64,000 nt of DNA from Octopus sinensis (lineage: Eukaryota): assembly GCF_006345805.1 (NCBI RefSeq), contig NC_043017.1:9052001-9116000 (forward strand). Reading direction: 5' to 3'. The notes under the pieces were generated by a model, which was given only the letters and a program-made list of their open reading frames with translations, ran no database searches and was not told the origin of the DNA. A program made the translations under genes and the position numbers. This document shows, piece by piece, positions 26,729 to 39,117 of this stretch. Within the stretch, counting starts at the first letter, position 1. Each line of letters starts with the position of its first letter.

Positions 26729-28056
26729 GTAAGTAACGAGGGATTTTATAGCATCATTTAATTATAACATTACTGCTTTCATTAATTGGACTGTAACCAT
26801 GCTCGAGCACTTCCCTTTGACCCTTTGGCATTTCAACTGACCCTAACAGGCCCAAACACTCTACTTTGTTTTATTGCCAGAAACGTCCAGATCCAGCCTC
26901 TCACACTTACCCTACAATGTTATTCTAAAAATAAGCAGTTACGTCATCGACATCTCAAAGCTTATAAGATAAATCTTGGTTATTTCAGGACAGTGTGCTA
27001 GCGCCACATAAAGGACCACTTGTGCCAGTGCCTCATACAAAGCACCCGTGTAAAGTGGATGACATTAGGAAAGATAGGTAGCCATAGAAATCCAAAACAG
27101 AGAATTGGGGCTCAATGCAGCTCTCTAGCTTGCCAGCCATGTCAAACCATCCAAGCCATGAAAGATGGATGTTAAATGGGGATACTGAATGTGAATATTG
27201 AGGAGTTTGGGCACTCCGTCGGTCACAACGATGAAGGTTTCAGTTGGTCCAATCAACAGCCTGCACGTGAAATTAATGTGAAAGTGGCTGAGTACTCCAC
27301 TGACATGTATTACCCTCAGGGAGATTCAGCCTGACAAGGCTGGTCCTTTGAAATACTGGTACTGTTCCTTTTTGCTTGCTGAGTGGACTGGAGCAATGAC
27401 AAAAGGCCAAGACCTCTGGAGATATGCTGTAACTGAGAAAGACCAAGCAAATAAAGTGAGTTCACAGCTGTAACCCACACCAGTGTCGCATAACCAGCCC
27501 ACTCAAAAGTACCTTGGATCGTAGGTTGACATGCTGTCCTTGAGGAGACCTGTTGAGTCAAGTACATCAACATCAAAATGAAATCAAATCACATTCAAAT
27601 GGAAATTGTAGTTGTGATCCCTGTGCCAGTGGCATGTAAAAAGTACCACCTGACTTGCTTCCGTGCTGGTGGCACGTAAAAAGCAACATCCAATCGTAGT
27701 CGATGCCAGCCCCATCTGGCCCCTGTGCCTGTGGCACGTAAAAAAGTGCCCACTATGTTCTCGGAGTAGTTGGCATTAGGAAGGGCATCAAGCTGTAGAA
27801 ACACTGCCAGATCAAACTGGAGCCTGGTGCATCCTCCTGGTTTCCCAGACCCCAGTTGAACCGGCCAACCCATGCCAGCATGGAAAATAGACGTTTAATG
27901 ATGATTATGATGATATACACACACCATTTACACGTAACTACACTGTGTAACATTCTCTGTGTCACCACATAGTGTGACATTCTGTGTGTGAGCGCACAGT
28001 CTAATATTGTTTGTTTCCTTATATATTTTACCATATTTCTTTCTTCTTCTCTGCAG

Positions 28057-28136
28057 GCGACGCCTTCCTGTGATGATGGTTCGATGTCAGATGGCCGAGA
28101 ATCTGAAAACTGCAACCAAATTTGTTGAACAAGGAC
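28057..28136 (+). CDS. IMP3: IMP3 coding exon (start of S4 domain), RRLPVMMVRCQMAENLKTATKFVEQG
   Basis: Polypyrimidine tract plus ctgcag|; donor |gtatcctttt (U12-type). RRRLP...FVEQGH is diagnostic of IMP3. Confidence 0.95.
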
Positions 28137-28804
28137 GTATCCTTTTGGAATGAGAGAGACTTTTTAATACATGCTTGGTGTAGAATATGCACTGGACAGG
28201 TTTTATAAGGCAGAGTTATATGTTGTTTTAAAATGTCTGCTTGTGGTGAGATAAGCTTAACTTGAGTACTGTTTGTAGTGGGATAGGTTTAACTTGAGCA
28301 TTGCTTGTGGTGGGATAAGCTTAACTTGAGTACTGTTTGTAGTGGGATAAGCTTAACTTGAGCACAACTTGTAGGTTTAACTTGAACACATGTTGAAGTG
28401 AGATAGATTTAACTGGAGCACTGCTTGAAGTAGGATAGCTATGGTTAACTTGAACATTGCGTTCAACATATGGTTAACTTGAACATTGTGTTCAACATAT
28501 GGTTAATTTGAACATTGTTTGTTGGGTAGATTGGATTAATTGAGCACTGCTCAATTTAACACAGGCAGCATGTATGTGTGCTAGCTTTAACCTGATCCCT
28601 GTTTGTTCTGAAGTGAGTTTAATGCAACAAGTAGCTGCTTCAGTGTAAAGTTAACTTGAAAGTGTTGCTGGTCTCGGTTTCAATTGAAACAGCTGGCTGC
28701 CAAGTAACAGGTTCTACTGGAATTGTAACATTTGTGGTGTCCGTCAAACCACTGCCTTAGCTTTTCCGAATTAGTTGGTTCCTTGACTTAATTTTTTTTC
28801 TTAG
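28137..28804 (+). other. U12-type (minor spliceosome) GT-AG intron of IMP3, 668 nt
   Basis: 5' splice site GTATCCTTTT matches RTATCCTTT. Branch site TTCCTTGAC at 28779-28787 matches TTCCTTRAC, with the branch A 18 nt from the ttag acceptor. Splicing restores a His codon (C|AT). Confidence 0.9.
28235..28560. repeat. Degenerate ~32-bp then ~29-bp tandem repeat inside the U12 intron
   Basis: ataagcttaacttgagtactgtttgtagtggg variants, then atggttaacttgaacattgYgttcaacat. Confidence 0.8.
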
Positions 28805-28856
28805 ATATAAGAGTTGGTCCTGAAGTGATCAAAGACCCCGCTTTTCTGTTAACAAG
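28805..28856 (+). CDS. IMP3: IMP3 coding exon, HIRVGPEVIKDPAFLLTR
   Basis: ttag| ... |gtaaga; 52 nt; matches the H.RVGP.V..DPAFL.TR motif. Confidence 0.95.
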
Positions 28857-29989
28857 GTAAGAATTACTTATGTATATCCATCCTTCATACCCTCCAGGGA
28901 GAGAGAGAGAGAGAGGAGGTGAGAGGTATGTTTGCTAAGGAACTTACCCAGAGAAGGAACAAGCCACTGCTGGAAGCAGAGGCAGTACTGTAGAACTGAC
29001 GAGTGTTTTGCTTTTATTATGGAGTTCAACATCATTGAGGGTGGAGAATGTGAGTGAAGAGTGAGAGGAGCTCATCATGTGTGTGTGTGTGTGTGCATGC
29101 ATGTCTCTTTGTCTTGACGTTGCATCTTGGTTGTAACCAAGCATCACCGTCATACAAACACTGTTATCGTTTACTTTTAGACTTTCCCTGAAAGAACATG
29201 TCGAGCAATGGGGAAATATTTAGTTTGCTTGGAGGTAAGTGAGGGTTGGTGACAGCAGGGGCGTCCAGCAGTGGAAAAACCTGCCTCAGTGAATCTCCTC
29301 TGACCCATGCAAGCATAGAAAAGTGGACGTTAAATGATGATGATATTTATATATGTGTATATATTTATTTGTGTGTGTTTGTATATATACATGTATGTAT
29401 GTGTGTATATATATATCAATTGGAAATTGTAGTTGTGACACCTGTGATAGTGGCACGTAAAAAGCACCATCTGAACGTGGCCGATGCCAGCACTGTCTTG
29501 GCTGGCTTCCGTGCCAGTGGCATATAAAAAGCACCAACCGGTCGTGGCCATTGCCAGCCTCCTCTGGCCCCTCTGCTGGTGGCACACAAAAGCACCCACT
29601 ACACTGTTGGAGTGGTTGGCATTAAGCTGTAGAAACACTGCCAGATCAGACTGGAGCCTGGTGCAGCCTCCTGGCTTCCCAGACCCTGGTTGAACTGTCC
29701 AACCCATGCTAGCATGGAAAACGGACGTTAAATGATCATGATATACACATACACACTCATATGGTGATGGTGATGATATGTCATCATGTAGGACGGATTG
29801 TCTCAAATATAAATTGTTTTGAGATATTATAGCTACATAGAATTAAGTTTACAATGGTTGGCAGCCCCCTAGCATTGAAAGGACATAAAGCCATTCCATT
29901 CCCTTTCTCTCTCTCTCCCTCTCCCCTACTTTCTTCTCTGCAATAGTCAGTAATTAATTAACTAATTAATTTTTTAAATTTTGTTTCAG

Positions 29990-30062
29990 AAACATGGAAG
30001 ATTTTCTCACGTGGACAGACACATCGAAAATAAGAAAACAAGTATTGGAGTATAACAATTTG
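29990..30062 (+). CDS. IMP3: IMP3 coding exon, NMEDFLTWTDTSKIRKQVLEYNNL
   Basis: tttcag| ... |gtcagt; 73 nt; matches MEDF.TW.D.SKI...VLEYN. Confidence 0.95.
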
Positions 30063-30499
30063 GTCAGTCAATTTCTTCTTCACCTTATGTTGATAGATTA
30101 TGACGTGTGTGTGTGTGTTACTGTCTCCTTGCCTTGACGTCAGGAGATAGTTGTAAATGAGTTGCACCGTCATACAAGTGGTGTTGTTTGTTTCCAATCC
30201 TCTGTGTCTTCCCATTATTACCTTCCTTGGAAACAGGAAAGATATCCGGCTGTAATAAATATTCCTCAACAAATTGCAAAGACCCATTTAAACATGCAAA
30301 AATGGACATTAACCATGGTGCCTAAAGATGCGTATAGGGTATAGTCAGTGATTCTTAATCATTTTTCTCGATACCTATTTTATTCAGGTGGACCCTCACA
30401 GCGATTAGATGTTTAAGATGTCCTATTGTACTTTTATAACTAAATATTATTAGGAATGGCATAAAAAAACCCAAATAATTATCAAAATATTTTGTAGTT

Positions 30500-30678
30500 C
30501 CATATTTAAGAGAGGAGGAATTATGTACATTATGTACATTATTTACATTTGACGGATATTTGTCCTCATCTTGTTTGCTGTTAAGACAACTTTCCAGCTG
30601 ATATATCCTCCAGCTTTCATCAGGTGTTTTGGGGAAATTTAAAACCTGGGTTCTCATTCCTAAGGTATTTTTCCACAA
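30500..30678 (-). mobile_element. Penelope-like fragment with degenerate hammerhead at ~30583-30628
   Basis: Minus strand ACAC-CTGATGA-A-AGCTG-gaggatatat-CAGCT-G-GAAA-GTT-GTCT. Confidence 0.55.
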
Positions 30679-33600
30679 TGACGATAATGGTGATGGTGAT
30701 GGTGATGGTGGTAGTGGTAGTGGTGATGATGATGATGATATTCAGGTCACTGCCTGGAATCGAACTTGGAATCTTGGGGTTAAGGGCATGGGGGTTAATA
30801 TAGCTAGTGAGGTGGGTAGAACGAAAGGGTTAGTGTAGTAAAGATACATTGCAGGGTCATGGTAATGTGACGGAGGGGGGGTAGTGTAGTGAAGGGGTAG
30901 GTTGATATTGTGGTGGTGATGGTGGTCGGAGTTCTTTGAATTATAATGCAAAAAAATAAAATGTAAACTTGCATAGCTTTCTTAAAGACAGATGTTATAT
31001 CCTCCTACTTGAGCCCCCCCCTCAACTTCAACAATCCCTGGTGACCTCCTTGACAAACACTTGTCACTGTCATCACCATTGTCAGCAGACCGGTGTAGGG
31101 GTTGGGTAAGGGCCATTCACTGTCATATGTTGTCAGCTCTTTGTCTAAACACACTCTCTCTTTTTCTCATGCTGACATATACATCAGATACTTAGGGTCC
31201 ATAAGGGCCATAATTGTGCATTTGATAATGTTAAATAATAGCTGGCAGCAAATATGGCCAAAGTATGCTCGTTTCTGGCATCTATTGTGTTTAATAGGTT
31301 TAAGAGGATTTGTCGCTTTGATCTATGACATATTACAATTGGTCGTCTGTGATAAGAAAATGAATTATGCACACACACACACACAAATTTAATTTAAACA
31401 GTTAAGGCGCAATAAAGAGAAAAGTTTGTTGTCACTAATTGTGACTGGGTCTGCTTAAGCACCTTGGTTGCAAGAAATAAGGGTTAAAGACTCTTACTGC
31501 TGTAAGGAGCACGCCATCAAGATGTGGCTGTGTGGTCAGGAGCTTGCTTACCAACCACGTATTCACCTCTTGAGCAAGACACTTGGTCCTTTCCCTCCAT
31601 CATAGTTTCTTATTTCTCCAATCTGTTACCCTGCTCAGTTGAGGGATATTATCTTACGGGTACCTGGTGACCATACCAGTGCTGGTGCCATGCAAAAATG
31701 TACTCAGTCCACCCTGTTGAGTGGTTGGCGTGAAGAAGGGCACCCAGCTGTAGAAACCATATCAAAGCAGAGATAGAATCTGTTGGAGCCTCTGGCTTGT
31801 CTGTTTTTGTCCCACTGTTCCACCCATGCCAGCATGGAAAACACATTAAATGATGATGACAATGATATATATATATTCTTTTATTTGTTTGTCATTTGAA
31901 TGGCCATGCTGGATCACTGTCTTTAGTTGAGTAGATCGACCCCAGGACTTATTCTTTGTAAGCCTAGTACTTATTCTGTTGGTCTCTTTTGCCGAACCAC
32001 TAAGTTATGGGAATGTAAACACACCAGCATCTGTTGTCAAGCGATGTTGGGGAGACAATCACACACACATATATGGGCTTCTTTCAGTTTCCGTCTTTCA
32101 TCATCATCATCATCATTTAACGTCCGCTTTCCATGCTAGCATGGGTTTGACGATTTGACTGAGGACTGGCGAACCAGATGGCTGCGCCAGGCTCCAATCT
32201 GATCTGGCAGAGTTTTGTGTGTGTGTGTGAAGGCGCATGGCTTAGTGGTTAAGGTGTTGCACTCATGATTACTAGATTGTGGGTTCAATTCCTAGATCAA
32301 GCAGCACCTCATGTTGTTGAGCAAAAACACTTCATTTCACATTACTCCAGTCCACTCAGCTGTAACCGTGTCACCCTGCGACGGAATCGCTTTCCGATGA
32401 GAGGGAATCAATGGCCTGCTCGCCCAGCCAGTGGTGTGGCATCTTTCGGAAGCTAAAACAATGCCAAGCAATATGTAACAGCATCCAATAATAGTCTGGT
32501 CAATATCGTTATACACAGCCCGTCTTTGATATATAGACAAATGTGTGTGTGCGCGTGTTAGCTTGCTGATCTAAGGGACGCAACTCTTCCTCTCTTCATA
32601 AAACTGCTTGTTAAAAAAAGTTAATAACTTCATCGTCACAGCGACAGAGATTATTTTTTCTTCTTTCAAAATGTCTGTGCGAGATTCTGTGATGTTGATG
32701 CTTTGAAAAATAAACTTACAACTTTTCAGTATACATAGTGCCATAAAAAACCCCGCATCTTACATTGATATATATAAATATATATCAGTTTTTAAAAAAA
32801 TTATTTTACTTATTGTGGATGTGTTGTAAGAATGTTACGAAACTGCAGACTTCATCCTGAGACAGCATCTCGTACAAATGTTTTCTACTCAAAAGTACAG
32901 AAACATCAGGAGTCGGTGAACGTTGTCATGATTTCTGCATATTTGTACTTCGTCAGCAGCAGGTATGACGGTCAAACCTGGCTTCAGCTAATAATATATA
33001 GAAAAATATTGACTAATTAGGCACTGGTGGGCTGGGTAAAAATTAATAATTTGCAGTGGAAGCAATCTTAGCACCAAATAACAATCTTAATATCCTATTT
33101 AACATGGATGTTTTGTAAGAATGCCATAATTGTGAACAAATTTCATCTACTTCTGACATTTCTGTGCACATGAGGTGTTCTCTCAAGATGAATACTGCAG
33201 TATTACGGTGTTCTAACAATACATCTGTGTTAAGTAGGATCTGATCATCATTTTATGTCCATTTTCCATGCTGGCAGGAACCATGCCCTGTTCCATTGGC
33301 TGTTTTGGTTTGGTTTCTACAGCTGGATGCCCTTCTTAATACCAACCACTTTACACAGGGTACTCTTTTACTTGTTTGTCATTTTGACTGCGGCCATGCT
33401 GGAGCACCGCCTTTAGTCGAGCAACTTGACCACGGGACTTATTCTTTGTAAGCCCAGTACTTATTCTATCGGACTCTTTTGCTGAACTGCTAAGTGACAG
33501 GGACATAAACACACTAGCATGAGTTGTCAAGCAATGCTTGGGGGACAAACACAAACATACACGCACACACATGACGGGCTTCTTTCAGTTTCCGTCTACC

Positions 33601-34399
33601 AAATCCACTCACAAGGCTTTGGTCGGCCAGAGGCTATAGAAGACACTGGCCCAAGGTTCTACGCAGTGGGACTGAACCCGGAACCATGTGGTTGGTAAAC
33701 AAGCTACTTAACACATAGCCACTACTGCGTTGCTTTTTTACATGGCACCAGCACCCATGCCAAAGCTTGGTTTTAGGACATCAGTTCTGTTGTGGTGGGC
33801 ACATGTTCTTATATGGTGTATTGCTGTACTCATGTTGTCCCCTTTTGTAAGGCTCAGCCTTTTGAGATCGGCGTCTGATGTCTTTCCTGGGTTTTAGCCC
33901 CACACTTTTAATGATCTTATCCACCCTCCCTTCTCAGTTCTTTGCTTGTATTCTATCTTATGCTCACCTTCTAGTATATTAAGATGACATGCTGTCACCT
34001 TGTCACAATCATCGTTGTCTTCTTTTTAATTACTCCCACCCATTTTTGCATAATGTTGGGTAGCCAGGTTATCTTCTGTATAGCAAGACAACTATGCTTG
34101 TCCCCCTGTCATACTTTTGGCCCCTCAACACCTGGCACCTGCATTATCTTGTAGCTTTGGGATTTCAATAATGTGGTTGTTTATTTTTAGAATGACATTG
34201 TAGGGTTGGTGTGAAAGGTAGGACCTGCTTAGTTTAAATGCTAAAATGTTAAAGATTCTGCAGTAAATCTTGTCAAACTCGGTGTTACCTTGGAAAAAGA
34301 AAAAAAAAAAAAATCTTTTTAAACAAAAATTTCAATGTATTCTTGGATATATGAAAAGTTATTTAATTTTTTTTGTTTTATCTCCTTTTTCTTTTGCAG

Positions 34400-34423
34400 A
34401 GAGATGATTTTGACACAATGTGA
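34400..34423 (+). CDS. IMP3: IMP3 terminal coding exon, RDDFDTM-stop
   Basis: Long pyrimidine tract plus ttgcag|; RDDFD is the conserved IMP3 C-terminus; TGA is followed by AATAAA at 34455. Confidence 0.92.
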   Translation, partial: RDDFDTM

Positions 34424-34454
34424 AATAATAATTTGTGAATAACATGAAACCAGA

Positions 34455-34460
34455 AATAAA
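34455..34460 (+). terminator. Probable polyadenylation signal of IMP3
   Basis: AATAAA about 30 nt after the stop codon, followed by a GT/T-rich tract. Confidence 0.65.
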
Positions 34461-36023
34461 TCTATTGTATGTTTTTTTAAATTCTTGTTTTATTTACTTA
34501 TTTATATTCCTTTCAACTTTTTCCCTGTTTGGTTGAAACAATTTGAAAACAAACTTGCGAATGACAAAATGAATTTATTAAAGATTTCTCTTTTTTTTTT
34601 TTCCTTTTTACATGAAAATTTGAAATGTATCCTGAAGCCAAAACAAAAAATTTTTAAAGCAGGAATGTATTTATGCTCCCGTTTTATCTTCTATACACAT
34701 CTGTAGTACACGTTGTTTTGAGTGAATTTCACAACAAACCCAGCTTGAAGAAAATAAATCCCGTTTAGGAAACACAACCTGCCTCTTAAACAAAACAGAA
34801 CCATATTACTTGCTGCTATGATGAAAAGTGTTGCCTTCGCCCCTCACTAGGGGGTAGGGAGGGCCAACAGTTCAGGGGTCAGCAAAAATGGGCAGATCAC
34901 ACTTGTGTTTGTGTAATATAAAACATTTTTAAAGTTTAATCTAGCACCCACCCCCAATCTTGAACTAAAAGGGTTTCATATAAATATATTTCAATTGGTT
35001 TTTTTCTCTTCTACAAGTTGAAAAAAAGATTTACAGAGCAACAGACTAAAAATGGGAAATGTCTAAAGACATCTCAATGCTTTCTCGTGGCATCCTTGCC
35101 CCCCAAACCCCCACCCATTAAAAGAAGCATAATATTGACCCATTTTGCATTCAGATCACTGTCACTGCATATTTTATTTGCATTGATTTGAATCAATCAT
35201 GCAATATCTCGTAGCCTTGAGATTTTGATGCAATGGTTTATGTTTAGAATGATGTTTTAAGGGCCAGATCTAGCCAGAATATTTGTACTGGATATGGCTG
35301 GCTAAAGGAACACGGCAGTAACTTCATATCTATCAAACAAACATTTCGGGTTGATTGGGAAATTAACCACCCAACAGCTTTAGTTTGTTTGACTCGAAAT
35401 CAGTTTTAAAATTGAATTTACACATGGAGATTTTTCTGAAATAATCATTGGATTCAGTAAGTCCAAACTACCCCCATATCTGCTTCTCCCCCACCCCCTC
35501 CTCTCTACACCCTGATAATATTAATATTAATTTTTTTAGTGGAAAATTGTTCAAAAACAGAAAAAGAGCTGAATAAAAGTTTCTCTCATCAGCAACCATC
35601 AGCACCACAGAAGATGGATTGCAAACGTGTACTGAAGATAAACAATAATATTTTAGATTAAAGACAACAAACAGGAGCAAAAGTAGTGTAATTCCTGTCA
35701 GAGCAGCAGTAAAAAATAATAATAATAATTCATTGCTGTTCTCTCTGAAAGACAATTTTCCTCTTTTTTTTTTTACATAACAGAAGAGAAAAAAAATAAA
35801 AACAGGAGAGAAAGAAAAAAAACAATAAAACAGTTGAAAGTTTTGAACAAACAACTGAAGTGTTTTTGTTTTGCCCATAAAAAGATCAAGTTTTTTTTTT
35901 TTCTTCAAATTGCTATTTATTTATATATATATATGTATGTGTATATATATAGGTGTGTTTTTTGTTTATTTTTACATCCTTCCACTGTTTGGTTCAAAAA
36001 CTTTAGCCGCGTTTGATCAGGTG

Positions 36024-36391
36024 TTAAGAAGCTGCCATCACCCCCTTTTTCTCCTCCAGTTCATTGCTCTGTGCTGCAGTCAGCTCTGCCGCTTGGGGCT
36101 GCACAGACACGTTGCTTTGTGGAAGCGACACACCTTCACTAGCTCCCTCGCTTGCCACTGTAGTTGCTGCCGCTGTGGCTGGTGGCAGTGTCGCGGGTAT
36201 GGAGGAATACGTCATACCGGGCGCTGTGGAGATACTGCTGGCTGGCACTGTGCTGGCAGGCATCATGGATGCTGACAGATTTGGTAAACTAATTAGGGGT
36301 GGAACCATTCCTGTGCTGAAAGCAGGAGGTGCCATCATTCCAGTAGTCATGGGTGGTGGTACCATTCCTGTGGTGAGAGGAGGCACAGTCG
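36024..36391 (-). CDS. GORASP2: GRASP terminal coding exon, ATVPPLTTGMVPPP...EEKKGVMAAS-stop
   Basis: tttcag| acceptor, phase 1 entry, ORF 36024..36386 to TAA. The ten exons sum to 1368 nt (455 aa plus stop). Confidence 0.88.
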
Positions 36392-37515
36392 CTGAAATAT
36401 TAAAAATTGTAACAAAATCAAATCAAATGGTAATTAAAAATAAGACATCTACTTTCTTAAAACCTAATCATAATAATAACGATTTTAATAATAAAGATTT
36501 CAAATTTTGGCACATGGCCAGCGATTATGGGGAAGGGGGCAAGTTGATTACATTGACCCCAATACATAACTGGTACTGATTTTATTGACTCTGAAAGAAT
36601 GAAAGGCAAAGTCTACCTCGGTTGTATTTGAACTCAGAAAAAGCCAAAAGAAATGCTGTATAATGTAGAAACAATTTTGCCAGTTCACTGCCTTAATTAC
36701 AATCGTTATAAATTTTGGCACAAGGCCCCTCCCCAAAGCTGCAGGTCTAAGTTAAATTGGTCTCAGTGTTCTACTAGTGCTTATGTTACCGACCCCAAAA
36801 GGGTGAAAGGCAAAGATGGTGCCATCAGTGAATGTAAAAGACTGAGGATTCTGCCAACTCACCAGCCTTTTAACCCCGTGACAATGGCTTTTTATCAGGC
36901 AATTAAGTTGCACTGACGGCAATCATCTCAGCTGAGACCAGCAATTATATACAAGAAATACGGTTTGGCATATATTTATGCCAACCACTTTAAAGCATGC
37001 TCTTGTTTATGTAAATTGTCATCATTACGAGGATAATAAATTCAATGAAACTGGCATGGCTGGATGCAACAGTAAATTTCGTGAGTGATAGATATTTTTA
37101 TCAATCACAACACGAACAGATACAAAACTGCTGCAGATAGGGCTGTGGACATAAAGCGAAGACACAGCACCATCAGTTTTGAGAGTTGATCCCAGTATGC
37201 AACTGGTACTTAATAATAATAATTTCTCTTATATGCACAAGGTCTGAAAGTTTAGGGAAGGAGACTAGTAATTATTTCGGGGTCAATGTAATTTTAGCTC
37301 GTGTGTGTGTCCCCTTGTGCTTGTCAACCAGTGTTGGTGTGTTTACATCCCTGTCACTTAGCAGTTCAGCTAAAGCAACTGATAAAATAAGTACAAAACT
37401 TTAAAGAATAAGTCGTGGGGTTGATTTGCTTGACTGAAATTCTCCAAGGCAATGCTCCAGCATGGCCGTGGTCAAGTAACTGAAACAAGTAAAAGATAAA
37501 GGTATTGAGACTTAC

Positions 37516-37695
37516 CTCCTGCTGCAATTGTTCCTGCCCCAGCTGCAGCTGCCCCTCCGACAACTCCAGGGTTGATTGCTGATGTAGAGAACGTGGGGGG
37601 TATGGTTGGGAATCCAGGTATAGATATTGGAGTGGTCAGTGGAGGAAGTGATGCAAAGTTTGGTAAGTTTAGCATGGCTGTCGGGGGTGGCAGAG
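37516..37695 (-). CDS. GORASP2: GRASP exon (SPR), LPPPTAMLNLPNFASLPPL...AGAGTIAAG
   Basis: ttccag| ... |gtaagt; 180 nt, phase 1/1; overlaps ORF 37472..37675. Confidence 0.88.
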
Positions 37696-38467
37696 CTGGA
37701 AAAGAGAGACAAACAGACAGACAATAAAATGACTGGAGGATCAGAAGGGGCTCAGGTATTTAGAGGTAACTTTGATCACATTCCAGCCCCCACCCCAACT
37801 GATTAATGACCTACAACACTATTAGTCGAAATGACTGGTTTTACCCATTTATTGTGGTGGTCGAATTGCCCAGAATTATTATTATTATTAAGAAAAAAAC
37901 TGTCCTGTGGATAGTGTTTTTGCGTTCAATATATATATGGGTGTGTGGTTAAGAAGTTTGCTTCTGAACCACATGGTTCCAGGTTCAGTCCCACTGCACG
38001 GCACTTTGGGCAAGTGTTTTCTAGTATAGCCCTGGGCTAACCGAAGCCTCATAAAACTGAAAGAAGCTCATCATACACACATACATATCTTTGCTATTAT
38101 GTTAAACTGTCGTATGTCCAAATTTGTCCAAATGCATTTTTTTCTTTTCTTTCAATATTTATTTTCGCTTGCAACAGCCGGTTCTTTTGGTCAAACTGTC
38201 GTATCTCCAGCTGCTTTAGATGCCAAGGTATCAAAAATTGTCGAAGTGTAGCACAACAGTTTTGCTATGGAATGGTGAAACTATTTTTGTGCTTTCTGAA
38301 AAAGCAAAGTTTTGGACTTACGACACTTTTGCTTAATAGTAACGATGTATAGTTTATTGAAACAGATATGAAGGGTAGTCATGGGTGGACTACTTTTAAT
38401 TATACGGTCAACTGAGTCACTGGGATTAAACAACAACCTTAACAACAGAAGAAAAGTAAGGACCTAC

Positions 38468-38584
38468 TTGATGCTGAACCTGGTGGAAATGTTAAGGGTG
38501 CGGAGAAAGGCATCTGGCCTGGAACCCCACTGGCCCCAGACATTGCATCAACTGGATTGTTTAAGACAGGGATAGTTGGGACAC
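38468..38584 (-). CDS. GORASP2: GRASP exon (SPR), GVPTIPVLNNPVDAMSGASGVPGQMPFSAPLTFPPGSAS
   Basis: ttgcag| ... |gtaggt; 117 nt, phase 1/1, open frame, Pro/Ser-rich. Confidence 0.85.
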
Positions 38585-38960
38585 CTGCAAATACAGAAAG
38601 GAAACACTCAACAGAAGAACAAAAAAGGGATACAATGGCAGTCTTTTTTTTTTGGCTTTTATTACAAAATTAAATGACAATATATTATTTATATTGAGAA
38701 CTTCCAAGAGACAGCATTAATCCTGCCGAGGTGAACTTTGCATCCTTCCAGGGGTTAAGAAAATCAATTCCAGTAGAGTACTTTTTCTTCCCCACAAAAT
38801 TGTCGGCCTTGTGTCAAAAATTTGAGTCATTAATAATAATAATCTTTTGTAAAGTCAATACCACCATGACTGATATCCAATCTACAGTGGAGAAGGCTAG
38901 CCACTGGATTCGGTTAAAAAGAGACGATGAGTGATGGCTAGAAGTATATTGAGTTCTTCA

Positions 38961-39117
38961 TAACCAGCTGATCTAGCAAGCGGGGCCGGTGCGCATTAAT
39001 GCCGTCGAGAGGTAGGCCCCCGAAATGGCGCGCATTCTCTCCTGATGACCCCATACACTTGCTAGCTTCCGATATTCGGAGCTTTTAACTGGTAGCACTT
39101 GCATGTGCAAGTTGTTT
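38961..39117. other. CpG-rich, highly self-complementary 157-bp element (non-autonomous Helentron-like element and/or structured RNA)
   Basis: Stems ACCAG/CTGGT, CTAGCAAG/CTTGCTAG, GGTGCGC/GCGCATT and GCCGT/ATGGC; hairpins TCCGA-tat-TCGGA and ACTTGCA-tg-TGCAAGT. Confidence 0.5.

Noticed and set aside
36064-36579. 171-aa plus-strand ORF
   Set aside because: It is the antisense shadow of the GRASP terminal exon.
38982-39052. Twister or HDV-like ribozyme reading of the structured element
   Set aside because: It lacks the twister UAA/L1 and GC signatures, and lacks the HDV P3/L3 pyrimidine loop and P1.1 GG.
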